Below, piece by piece: positions 26,854 through 35,185 of a stretch of DNA of 64,000 bases. The stretch comes from an uncultured Desulfovibrio sp. GTDB lineage: Bacteria > Desulfobacterota > Desulfovibrionia > Desulfovibrionales > Desulfovibrionaceae. The translations under genes were made by a program, and so were the position numbers. The notes under the pieces are model-generated. The model did no database searches. It was not told the origin of the DNA and saw only the letters and a program-made list of their open reading frames with translations. Every line of letters starts with the position of its first letter. Position 1 is the first letter of the stretch. Where the stretch lies: NCBI GenBank assembly GCA_964522365.1, contig CAZFTQ010000002.1, positions 195-64,194 of the forward strand, in the 5' to 3' direction.

Positions 26854-27654
26854 ATGACGACACTGCGCGTGGGCGCCATCGGCTGCGGAAACATGGGCGG
26901 CGCCATCCTCGCGGGCCTCGCGGGCAGGGAGGGCTACGAGCTCTTCGGCCATACCCGCACCATGGCCAGAATGGCCCCCCTGACGGAAAAGGGCGTGATC
27001 CCGAAGGAGAGCCCGGACGCCCTCGCCGCCGCCTGCGACTGCGTCGTGCTCGCGGTCAAGCCCTATCAGATCGAAGCGCTGCTCTCGGGCATGGACAGGA
27101 CGATCCTCCAGGGGAAGATTCTCGTCTCCATCGCCGCCGGCACCAGTCTCGCCACCCTCAGGAAAGCTTCGGGCGGCGTCTGCCGCCTGGCCCGCTGCAT
27201 GCCCAACACCCCCGCCATGGTCGGGGAGGGCGTCTTCGCCCTCTGCTGTGAGGACGGCATGCCCGAGCAGGACAGGGAGTCCGTGCGGCGGATCTTCCGG
27301 GATCTGGGCCTCTGCCTGGACATCCCGGAAAGCCGGTTCACGGCCTTTTCCGCCCTCATCGGCGCGGGGCCGGCCTATGTCTTCGAACTCATGGAAGGCC
27401 TGGTGCTGGCGGGCGTCACCCTGGGCTTTCAGCACGGGGAAAGCCGCCGCATGGTGGAGGCCCTCTTCTCGGGCTGCGCCCGCATGGCGGCGCAGAACCC
27501 CGGAACCCATCTCACGGCCATGCGGGACAATGTCTGCTCCCCCGCCGGCCTGACCATCGCGGGCCTTTCGCGCATGCTCTCCGACGGGCTCTCGGGCAGA
27601 CTCGCGGAGGCCGTGCTCGCCGCCGACGCCCGCGGCAGGGAAATGGAAGACTGA
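26854..27654 (+). CDS. proC: Pyrroline-5-carboxylate reductase
   Basis: ORF 26809..27654. AGGAGG then ATG 26854. Rossmann GAIGCGNMGGAIL, PNTPAMVGEG, SPAGLTIAG. Confidence 0.9.
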   Translation: MTTLRVGAIGCGNMGGAILAGLAGREGYELFGHTRTMARMAPLTEKGVIPKESPDALAAACDCVVLAVKPYQIEALLSGMDRTILQGKILVSIAAGTSLATLRKASGGVCRLARCMPNTPAMVGEGVFALCCEDGMPEQDRESVRRIFRDLGLCLDIPESRFTAFSALIGAGPAYVFELMEGLVLAGVTLGFQHGESRRMVEALFSGCARMAAQNPGTHLTAMRDNVCSPAGLTIAGLSRMLSDGLSGRLAEAVLAADARGREMED

Positions 27655-27680
27655 ACAACGCGCCGTCCGCGCGCTGAAAG

Positions 27681-27709
27681 AAAAAGGGAGGCTCAGACCT
27701 CCCTTTTTT
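27681..27709. terminator. Bidirectional terminator between convergent proC and the activator gene
   Basis: AAAAA-GGGAGG-ctcaga-CCTCCC-TTTTTT. Confidence 0.7.
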
Positions 27710-27734
27710 ATGTCCCTCGGAGAAACTCCGGGTT

Positions 27735-30311
27735 TCAGGCTTCGTCGTCGGGCCGCTTGCCCGTGCAGACATACTTCTGGGAGGGGCCCTTGCCCTCGCG
27801 CACCACATAGCCCGCCGCCGCGAGCTCCTGGAGATCGTAGAGGGCGGTGCGCGCCGAGATGCCTGCCATCTCCTGGTAGCTCTGGCGGGTCACTTCGCCC
27901 CGCTCCATGAGCTTCGGCAGAATGCGCCGGAGACGGGCGCTCAGGGGCTGCCGGGAGGCCGGCGTCTCCTCGCCGTTTTCCCCTTCCTCCTGTTCCCGGG
28001 AGCGGGCGGGATTTTTCCGGCCGCCGCGGCCGTTTCCGGCGGCTTCCCGGTTCTGGTCGCCGGAGTTCTGGGGAAGGGCGCCCGCGGCCTTGGCCTGCGC
28101 GGCGGGCTCGGGCAGGCTGTTCTTGTTCTGCTGGGCGCCCAGGGGGAGATGCTGGGGCAGGATGAGATCGCCCTCGCAGAAGGCCTCCGCGCTGAGGATG
28201 GTGTTGTAGAGCTCCCGGACATTGCCCGGCCAGTCGTAGTGCATGATGCGGCTCAGGGCGCCCCGGCTGATGCCCGGCATGCGGCGCGGCTCGGGGGACT
28301 TCGCCACGGCTTCCTGGAGGAAGGCCATGACGAGGTAGGGGATGTCCGACTTGTGGAAGCGCAGGGGCGGGGTGCGGATGACGATGACGGCCAGGCGGAA
28401 GTAGAGGTCTTCCCGGAAGGAGCCGGTCTGGATGGCCTCCTTGAGCTCCGCGTTGGTGGCGGCGATGACCCTGGTGCTGAAGGGAACGGGGGTGTCGCTG
28501 CCCAGGGGGAGAATGCAGCGGTCCGAGAGGGCCCGCAGCAGAGCCTGCTGGACCTTGGGAGAGGCCGTTCCCACTTCATCCAGCATGAGGGTGCCGCCCT
28601 CGGCCGTGAGGAAGGCGCCCTTGCGGGCCTGGCGGGCCTCCGTGTAGGCCCCCTTCACATGGCCGAAGAGGGTGTCCATGAGCAGGCCTTCGTCCAGGGC
28701 GCCGCAGTTGATGGTGATGAAAGGACCGTCCTTCCGGGCCGAAAGCCTGTGGATGGCCCGGCTCACGAGTTCCTTGCCGGTGCCCGTTTCGCCCATGATG
28801 AGCACGTCCGCGTCCACCCGGGCCGCCTGGAGGATTTCCTGCCTGAGCTGGGCGATTTCCCGGCTCACGCCGATGATGCCGTCCTCGGGCTGGGGGATGC
28901 TCACGGGCATGGAGGTGACTTCCTCCATCTGCAGGCGCGCGGAGGCGAGAGTGTATTCCTTGTCCCGCTCCTCCTCGAGCCCGCGCAGAAGCTTCAGCAG
29001 GCTGTTGACGCTGTCCCTGAGCTGGGCCACTTCCCGGGGCTCCTCCGCCTGCGCGGGCAGGACGGGGGCGAGGCTCTGGCCGGCGGCCGTCTGGATTTCC
29101 CGGCGCAGGCTCTTCAGGGAGCGGCTCAGGTGGGAGGCTATCCACCAGCAGGCGGCGCTCATGAGGAGGAGACAGGCGAGGCAGGCCGTGAGGCAGACGG
29201 CCTGGAGGGCGCCTCCCTGCTTGGTGGACCCGAAGGTGGGGTCGAGCACCACCATGCCGCCGATGACCTCGCTCGTGCCGGACTCGCCCGTGGCGTAGGT
29301 GACGGGGGCGTAGCTCACGATCTCCACGGTGGGCATGCCCTGGTTCCAGGGCACGTCCCGGGTGGCGAACTGGCCGGACCGGTTCTGGGTGATGTCGTTC
29401 ATCATGGTCCAGTAGCCGTAATAGTCGGCTTCCGGACGGAAGGCCTGGCTGAAGCCGGCGCGGCCGAAATCGCCCCGGAAGCCCGCGCGCACGCTGTCGA
29501 TGATGGCGGACTTGCGGCTGGTGGAGAGGCTCGGGCGGGTCTGGAAGATCATCCAGCCGTCGTGATCCACGAAGAGGGCGGGCATGGGCTGCTGGCCCTC
29601 GTCGGCGGCGGAGAGGGAGAAGGTCGTCACCGCGTCGTTGAGGTAGGAGAGATTGAGGGAGATGACCAGGTAGCCCGCGGCGGTGCCGTCGGTGAGGGTG
29701 ACGAGGGTGGTGAAGCGCACCACATGGAGGGTGAGCTGGGTCTGCTTGCGGTCCTCTCCGGAGATGAAGGAATAGGTGACTTCCGTGGGAGCGCTCAAGG
29801 AGACCTCGTTTTCCTTGGGCAGGCGGGTCGAGAAGCTGAAGGGGGAGCCCGTCTGGCTGTCCAGCTGGGCCGAGGGAATGCTGAGCATCCTGCCGCCCTG
29901 GACAATCCAGAGCCGGCGGAAGCCCCCCTGGGCGCCGATGCCGATGATGGCCGCCTCGGAAAAGCGCTTGTCGCCGAGGCTCGTGAGGGTCTCCAGGCGG
30001 CGGTTGAGACGGTGCTCAAGTTCCGAGAGACTGGCGGAGCCGGCCGCCAGGGAGGCCGTCTGATTCCTGGTCTCCCTGAGGGTCTGGGTCATGGCGAAGC
30101 CCATGGCTTCGGCCATGATGGAGGAATTTCTCGCAATGGCGCGGTCCAGAGTGCCGCCCACCTCGTTGTGCGTGATGAGGAAGATTCCCGTGAGGATGAC
30201 GAGGGGCACAGGCAGGAGGAAGCAGCACAGCCGCCGGAGAAGACTGGCATTCCCGAATATTTTCGGCTTCCCCGGCAGGAAGGCTCTGGGTGAAAGATGG
30301 ATTTGCGGCAT
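27735..30311 (-). CDS. Membrane-anchored one-component sigma-54-type activator: TM, periplasmic sensor of about 330 aa, TM, AAA+ domain, low-complexity linker, winged-helix C-terminus
   Basis: ORF 27735..30371. Two hydrophobic helices (LCCFLLPVPLVILTGIFLI; ALQAVCLTACLACLLLMSAACWWIA). AAA+ motifs GETGTGKE, GAYTEA loop (28635-28652) and WPGNVRELYN. The C-terminus EVTRQSYQEMAGISARTALYDLQELAAAGYVVREGKG is wHTH-like. ATG 30311 or ATG 30371 as start. Confidence 0.85.
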   Translation of the reverse strand: MPQIHLSPRAFLPGKPKIFGNASLLRRLCCFLLPVPLVILTGIFLITHNEVGGTLDRAIARNSSIMAEAMGFAMTQTLRETRNQTASLAAGSASLSELEHRLNRRLETLTSLGDKRFSEAAIIGIGAQGGFRRLWIVQGGRMLSIPSAQLDSQTGSPFSFSTRLPKENEVSLSAPTEVTYSFISGEDRKQTQLTLHVVRFTTLVTLTDGTAAGYLVISLNLSYLNDAVTTFSLSAADEGQQPMPALFVDHDGWMIFQTRPSLSTSRKSAIIDSVRAGFRGDFGRAGFSQAFRPEADYYGYWTMMNDITQNRSGQFATRDVPWNQGMPTVEIVSYAPVTYATGESGTSEVIGGMVVLDPTFGSTKQGGALQAVCLTACLACLLLMSAACWWIASHLSRSLKSLRREIQTAAGQSLAPVLPAQAEEPREVAQLRDSVNSLLKLLRGLEEERDKEYTLASARLQMEEVTSMPVSIPQPEDGIIGVSREIAQLRQEILQAARVDADVLIMGETGTGKELVSRAIHRLSARKDGPFITINCGALDEGLLMDTLFGHVKGAYTEARQARKGAFLTAEGGTLMLDEVGTASPKVQQALLRALSDRCILPLGSDTPVPFSTRVIAATNAELKEAIQTGSFREDLYFRLAVIVIRTPPLRFHKSDIPYLVMAFLQEAVAKSPEPRRMPGISRGALSRIMHYDWPGNVRELYNTILSAEAFCEGDLILPQHLPLGAQQNKNSLPEPAAQAKAAGALPQNSGDQNREAAGNGRGGRKNPARSREQEEGENGEETPASRQPLSARLRRILPKLMERGEVTRQSYQEMAGISARTALYDLQELAAAGYVVREGKGPSQKYVCTGKRPDDEA

Positions 30312-30376
30312 TGCGCGATCTCCGGAGAGGTCTTGTTGCGGGACTCTAGCACGCAATGCGCGCTTTTGCAAATTTT

Positions 30377-30403
30377 TTCACAAGCTCGCGGGCGAATTGT
30401 GAA
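30377..30403. promoter_or_regulatory. Inverted repeat TTCACAA-N13-TTGTGAA next to the activator gene start
   Basis: TTCACAA 30377-30383 and TTGTGAA 30397-30403. Same half-site as the 30837-30874 repeat. Confidence 0.5.
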
Positions 30404-30836
30404 AGATTTCTTTCCGCTGAAGAGGGAAAGAGGCGGGAAGGAAGCGGACGGATGAACCGGACCGGGCCCCGCGCAGAGCGTGTCCGCGACCTTCCGACGC
30501 GCATTTTTCCCTCGTGATGCCGGTTCGATGCGTGATTTTTCTGCGCGACGGGCGGGAAGGACGGAAGAGGCGCCGGAGGGAGGCCTCCGGTCCGCCCGCA
30601 GGGCCGCCCGCGGGGATCCCCTCACGCAGTTCGGGGAGAGAAAAGGTAAAGGAAAGGCGGAAATGCATGTGAAGCGTGAAAGGAAACTGAAAAACGCCCT
30701 GTCCTGAGGGGCGGAGGCAGGCAGTTTCAGGGAAAAAGAAGAGAAAACAAGCTTTTTTTTCAGCGGGGACAAAGCGATGAGACGCCTTTTCCCCGCCGGA
30801 AAAAGAACCGTCTCCCTCCGCCAGGCCCGAAGAGCG

Positions 30837-30874
30837 TGTGAAAGGAGAGCTCCGAACGGAAGTTTTTTTTCACA
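30837..30874. promoter_or_regulatory. Inverted repeat TGTGAAA-N24-TTTCACA, candidate upstream activator sequence
   Basis: TGTGAAA 30837-30843 and TTTCACA 30868-30874. The centre lies about 100 bp upstream of the -24 element. Further half-sites are at 30668-30673, 30676-30681 and 30882-30887. Confidence 0.5.
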
Positions 30875-30951
30875 AGGCCGCTTCACGCTTTGCCTTTTTT
30901 CGTGCGGAACCCTTGCCCGCGGGCGCTTCCTGGCGGCGCGCAGTCACGCAA

Positions 30952-30967
30952 TGGCACGGTCCTTGCT
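30952..30967 (+). promoter_or_regulatory. Sigma-54 (-24/-12) promoter
   Basis: TGGCAC (30952-30957), ggtcc, TTGCT (30963-30967). This is an exact match to TGGCAC-N5-TTGCW, 68 nt upstream of ATG 31035. Confidence 0.8.
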
Positions 30968-31034
30968 ATAGAGGCTTTGACCGGCGAAAGCCTTTTTTCG
31001 CTCTGTCTCAGAAGTTTTTGACAAGGAGTGAGTC

Positions 31035-31337
31035 ATGACGAAGCTGAGAAAACTTTCAATGTGGTTTGCGGGGTGTCTCGCCACCCTGCTGGTGTTCGCG
31101 CCGTCTCTGGCGATGGCCGCGAAGAAAGCCGCGGCCAACGTGGTCATCGTTGCCGACACCAGAAAACTGGACGGCATCATGCTGTGGTGGGCTCAGATGT
31201 ACAATGACAGCCATCTGCAGTTCATGCTGCTGACCATCATCATCGTGCCCGTGACCGGATGTATCTTCGGTCTGCTGGCCGACGTGGTGATGAAGCACAT
31301 CGGCATCGACCTCAAGCACCGCAAACTCGCTGAGTAA
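31035..31337 (+). CDS. Small secreted/membrane protein (100 aa), unknown function
   Basis: AGGAG RBS. Signal peptide (CLATLLVFAPSLAMA) and a C-terminal TM helix (FMLLTIIIVPVTGCIFGLLADVV). Confidence 0.7.
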   Translation: MTKLRKLSMWFAGCLATLLVFAPSLAMAAKKAAANVVIVADTRKLDGIMLWWAQMYNDSHLQFMLLTIIIVPVTGCIFGLLADVVMKHIGIDLKHRKLAE

Positions 31338-31352
31338 CGAGGGGAGGATCTT

Positions 31353-32426
31353 ATGGACTGGTTATATGTCTTGATGCCCATTTCAGGCTGCCTCATTTTC
31401 TGGCCCGGCCTGATCATCCTCGGACTCGGCGTCGGCATCATCGGCGGTTTCTTCGGACTGGGCGGCGCCTGGATGGTGACCCCCGGCCTCAACATCCTCG
31501 GTTTCCCGATGTCCTTCGCCATCGGCACCGACGTGTCCCACATGGCTGGCAAATGCATCATTTCCACCATGCGTCACGGCAGTTTCGGCAACGTTGACTA
31601 CAAGCTCGGCCTGACCATGCTCATCGGTACGGTCATCGGCGTTGAAATCGGCGCCCAGATCGTCATGCAGCTGGAACGCCTCGGCAACGTTGAACAGGTT
31701 GTCAAGTGGCTCTATGTCGTTCTGCTCGTCCTCCTCGCCTGGATGGTGTTCCATGACATCGCCAAGAGGAAGAGAATCGCCCGCGAACTCGCCGACAAGG
31801 GCCAGAAGATGGACGACATGCAGCTCGGCATTGACTGGGCCAGCCGCCTGCACGCCATCCGCATTCCTCCCATGGTGCACTTCCACCAGGCCGGCATTTA
31901 CTGCACCGCCTGGCTGCCCATTCTCGTCTCCCTGCTGACCGGCATGCTGGCCGGCATCCTGGGCATCGGCGGCGGCCTCATCCGCATGCCCGCCCTCGTC
32001 TACCTCGTCGGCTGCCCGACCCACCTGGCCGTCGGTACCGACCTCTTTGAATGCGCCATTTCCGGCCTCTACGGCTGCGCCACCTACACTCTGAAGGGCC
32101 GCACCGAACTCATCGCCGCTCTCATCATGCTCGTCGGCGCCGCCATCGGCGCCCAGATCGGCGCAGTGGCCACCAAGTACATCCAGGGCTACGGCATCCG
32201 CTCCGCTTTCGGCGCGGCCGTCCTTGGCTGCCTCTGCTCCGTCGTTCTGAAGCTCATCCAGCCCTACTTCCCCGATTACTCCAGCATCATCAACGGTCTC
32301 GCCACCGTTGTCGTTCTTGGCTTCGTGTCCCTCATTTCCATCTACATCGCTGCCAAGATGGTCTCCGGTGCCAAGCAGGAACTTGCGGAAAAGAGGCGGC
32401 AGCAGGAACAGGCTGCTCAGAACTAG
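31353..32426 (+). CDS. TauE/SafE (TSUP, DUF81) family anion permease
   Basis: 357 aa. Two 4-TM halves with GGFFGLGGAWMV and GILGIGGGLIRMP repeats, joined by a charged loop. Confidence 0.85.
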   Translation: MDWLYVLMPISGCLIFWPGLIILGLGVGIIGGFFGLGGAWMVTPGLNILGFPMSFAIGTDVSHMAGKCIISTMRHGSFGNVDYKLGLTMLIGTVIGVEIGAQIVMQLERLGNVEQVVKWLYVVLLVLLAWMVFHDIAKRKRIARELADKGQKMDDMQLGIDWASRLHAIRIPPMVHFHQAGIYCTAWLPILVSLLTGMLAGILGIGGGLIRMPALVYLVGCPTHLAVGTDLFECAISGLYGCATYTLKGRTELIAALIMLVGAAIGAQIGAVATKYIQGYGIRSAFGAAVLGCLCSVVLKLIQPYFPDYSSIINGLATVVVLGFVSLISIYIAAKMVSGAKQELAEKRRQQEQAAQN

Positions 32427-32436
32427 GAGGACATCC

Positions 32437-33027
32437 ATGAGAAATCTCTACAAAATCCTCGCCCTGTGCATTCTGTGCCTCGGCCTCGCAGCCTGCGACT
32501 TCGGTCAGGTTGAACAGGGCCGCTGCGTCGCCACCTCCATCGTGGACGGCAAGGTCGCCAAATTCACCCTGGTTCTGGATGTGAAACACGACGTGCAGCA
32601 TCCCGAATACACCGGCGGCGTGCAGGAATACATGGTTCCCGCCGATCCCAAGGAAATGGGTCCTGAACCCGTCGCCGGCGGCCGCGTCCACATCGACCAC
32701 GAAAAGGGCGAAGTGGTCATCTTCCGCGACGGCAAGCTCGAAACCGTGAAGGTTGAGTTCACCGATGTCCAGAAGGGCATCAAGGCCAACAATCCCAAGG
32801 TCAAGGGCAAGAAGTTCCCCGTCATCGACAAGGAAAACCTCACCATCACCGAGTTCTCTCCCCGTCTGTCTGAGATAGTGACCTTCAAGGTTCCGGCCGA
32901 ATACATCGACCTGCCTCCGGTCACCTGGGAAGCCGGCGATGAGTGCCGCCTGTACTACAAGGAAAACGCGAAGCATCAGGCGCTGCGCTTCATGAATGTC
33001 ACCCGCACCAACATCTTCAAGAAGTAA
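32437..33027 (+). CDS. Hypothetical lipoprotein (196 aa)
   Basis: AGGAGG then ATG 32437. Lipobox LAAC (MRNLYKILALCILCLGLAACDFG). Confidence 0.8.
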   Translation: MRNLYKILALCILCLGLAACDFGQVEQGRCVATSIVDGKVAKFTLVLDVKHDVQHPEYTGGVQEYMVPADPKEMGPEPVAGGRVHIDHEKGEVVIFRDGKLETVKVEFTDVQKGIKANNPKVKGKKFPVIDKENLTITEFSPRLSEIVTFKVPAEYIDLPPVTWEAGDECRLYYKENAKHQALRFMNVTRTNIFKK

Positions 33028-33099
33028 TCCCTTCTGAAGCGTCTTTCCCGGAGCTCCCTGAAAGCCTCTTTCGGGGAGCTCCGCTTGTGAGGTCCCCCC

Positions 33100-33426
33100 G
33101 TGGCCAACAATGCCTACAAGCGCGCCGTCTGGCTGGCCGCCGTCAACATCGGCGCCAACGTCATCGTGCTGGGCGCCGCCGTCCTGGGCATGTACATGTC
33201 CTACCGCCACCCCAGCGAGGCCCTGCTGGTCTTCTGTCAGTGGTTCTTCGCCATCGCCGTCCTCGACATCGTCGCGGCCCGGTTCGTGCGCCGCTGGGTC
33301 CGTCTGCGCTTCGCCGATCCGGACCAGAGCCTGGTCCGCCTGCCCGGCCACCGCAGACCCCTGATCGTGCGCTGGCGCGTGGCCGACCACGCCGTCTCCC
33401 TCAGCAGAAGCAGCAGCGGAAGCTGA
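33100..33426 (+). CDS. Small two-TM membrane protein (108 aa), hypothetical
   Basis: GTG 33100 lies 7 nt after GAGG. Very strong G/C at third codon positions. Two hydrophobic helices. A strong terminator follows immediately. Confidence 0.55.
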   Translation: MANNAYKRAVWLAAVNIGANVIVLGAAVLGMYMSYRHPSEALLVFCQWFFAIAVLDIVAARFVRRWVRLRFADPDQSLVRLPGHRRPLIVRWRVADHAVSLSRSSSGS

Positions 33427-33470
33427 CGGAAGACCTCTTCTTCAGGACGGAACAGCCGGTCTTCCGTCCC

Positions 33471-33517
33471 GGAAATGCCGCCAGGGGCTCGCGCCCGGGG
33501 CGGCATTCCTCTTTTTT
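33471..33517 (+). terminator. Rho-independent terminator closing the sigma-54 operon
   Basis: Stem AATGCCGCC / GGCGGCATT with an inner GGGC/GCCC pairing, followed by TCTTTTTT (33510-33517). Confidence 0.75.
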
Positions 33518-33549
33518 CCGGGGGCCCGCCGGCCGCTTCCGCACCCCCC

Positions 33550-33578
33550 TTGCCCGCCGGGCCTTCCCGGCATATTCT
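33550..33578 (+). promoter_or_regulatory. Candidate sigma-70 promoter
   Basis: TTGCCC, 17-nt spacer, TATTCT, 40 nt upstream of ATG 33618. Confidence 0.35.
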
Positions 33579-33617
33579 AGGGGAACTGATGACCGCGTTC
33601 CCGCCCCGGGAGATTCC

Positions 33618-34652
33618 ATGTCCGACGAAGTCCTCTCCTCTCCGGCCCAGAGCAATGCCTGGCAGCTCTACGTCTCGGGCCGCAGGCGCCAGCGCCTGGC
33701 CGGTTTCCTCGCCGCCGTCACGCTGATCCTGGCCTTCGCCGTCCTGGCCGACGGCCTTCTGGCCAACATGCGCAGCGGCGGCAGCTTCCATCTGGAAATG
33801 CTGGCCGGCACCTCCGAGCCCCTCTCGGGGCCCCTGGGCGCGGGTCCCGCGAGCCCCGAGGACGTGGTGGCCTTTCCCATTCCCAAGGACGCCCCGCTCT
33901 CCTTTGAATTCGACGGCTTCTTCGCGAGCTACTGGTTCGGCACGGGCATGTGGCGCGGCAGGGTCCATGTGAGCGAGACGGCCGCCGCCGGCACCTACGA
34001 AATCGCCGTGGGCGTGGCCGGCCAGCCCTCGTCCTCCTTCCAGACCTACACCATCACCGTGGCGGGCTCCCTCCGGGAGCTGAGCCGGCAGTCCCCCTCC
34101 TTCTTCCGGCGGACCACCGGCTGGAATCCCTTCATCTTCGCCGCCTGCTTCCTCGCCGTGGGCCTCGGCACAGCCCTGGGGAGCTTCCTGCTGGGCATGC
34201 GCTGCCGCGGTCTCATGGCCGAGCTCGGCATCGCCGAAATCTTCAAGGTCAGACCCGAGGGCGATCTCGCCCGGGTCATCGCCGTGACCGGCAAGCGCGT
34301 GGTGGACGGCAAGTCCTTCGCGGTCTACGACAGCGCCATGAACCGCCTGGGCAAGGCCGTCTTCGACAGGGAAAAGGGCGGGCTCACGGAATGCCTCTTC
34401 GTGCCGGCCGGCCGCGGCCTGCCGAGACCCGGCTCCTTCGTGGCCTTCTGGCCGCCTTCCCCGCCCGGAGCGAGCCCCGCGCCCCGGGGATTCCTTGCCC
34501 GGCTCACGGGCGTGCGGCTTCCCGTACCCGACCGGGAAGTCCCGAAGGAAAGCGTCCCGGACGAGGCTCCTTCCGCGACCGCCGGGAGCGCGGAGGAGGC
34601 AGGGACGGCTGAAAACGATGGTTCCCCCGGCTCCCAGGGAGAGAAGCGATGA
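33618..34652 (+). CDS. Hypothetical membrane protein (344 aa)
   Basis: C-terminal part of ORF 32943..34652 from MSDEVLSS. Two TM helices ([22 protein letters not shown]; [23 protein letters not shown]). ATGA overlap with the next gene. Confidence 0.65.
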   Translation: MSDEVLSSPAQSNAWQLYVSGRRRQRLAGFLAAVTLILAFAVLADGLLANMRSGGSFHLEMLAGTSEPLSGPLGAGPASPEDVVAFPIPKDAPLSFEFDGFFASYWFGTGMWRGRVHVSETAAAGTYEIAVGVAGQPSSSFQTYTITVAGSLRELSRQSPSFFRRTTGWNPFIFAACFLAVGLGTALGSFLLGMRCRGLMAELGIAEIFKVRPEGDLARVIAVTGKRVVDGKSFAVYDSAMNRLGKAVFDREKGGLTECLFVPAGRGLPRPGSFVAFWPPSPPGASPAPRGFLARLTGVRLPVPDREVPKESVPDEAPSATAGSAEEAGTAENDGSPGSQGEKR

Positions 34653-35161
34653 GCGAAGAGACAGGCCCCGGTTCCTGCCCCTGCGGCAGCGGCAGGCCCT
34701 ATGAAGAGTGCTGCGGACCCTGCCACGAGGGGAAGGTCTGGCCGGACGACCCCCTGACCATGGTGCGCAGCCGCTACTGCGCCTACGCCAGGGGAAAATA
34801 CCAGTACCTGGTGGACACATATCTGGCCTCGCCGGAAAATCCCGGCCCGACGGCGGAGGAGCTTGCCGAGGGCGCGCGGGGAGTGCGCTGGCAGGCCCTC
34901 AGAATCACGGGAAGCGGCCGTTCGGACGAGGACAACTGCGATTTCGTTGATTTTTACGCCTACTACGCCATGGACGACGGCCTGCACCAGCTGGGCGAGC
35001 ACGCCCTTTTCCGGCGCGTGGAAGACAGGCTTTACTACACGGGCGGCAGCCGTCTGGCGCCGGCCCCCTACCGCCACGAGGGGCCCAGGGTCGGGCGCAA
35101 CGATCCCTGCCCCTGCGGCAGCGGCAGGAAGTACAAGAAGTGCTGCGGCCGGACAGCCTGA
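34649..35161 (+). CDS. YchJ-family (UPF0225) protein with two SEC-C metal-binding motifs
   Basis: [14 protein letters not shown] at the N-terminus and [14 protein letters not shown] at the C-terminus. Confidence 0.85.
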   Translation: MSEETGPGSCPCGSGRPYEECCGPCHEGKVWPDDPLTMVRSRYCAYARGKYQYLVDTYLASPENPGPTAEELAEGARGVRWQALRITGSGRSDEDNCDFVDFYAYYAMDDGLHQLGEHALFRRVEDRLYYTGGSRLAPAPYRHEGPRVGRNDPCPCGSGRKYKKCCGRTA

Positions 35162-35185
35162 GCCGCGGCGGATTCGGAGGAAATC

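Noticed and set aside
30973-30998. Terminator-like hairpin GGCTTT-gaccggcg-AAAGCC-TTTTTT between the sigma-54 promoter and the first operon gene, considered as an attenuator.
   Set aside because: The predicted start (about 11-12 nt after the -12 GC, that is about 30978) falls inside the 5' arm. The hairpin would therefore not be fully present in the sigma-54 transcript. It may only insulate against read-through from upstream.
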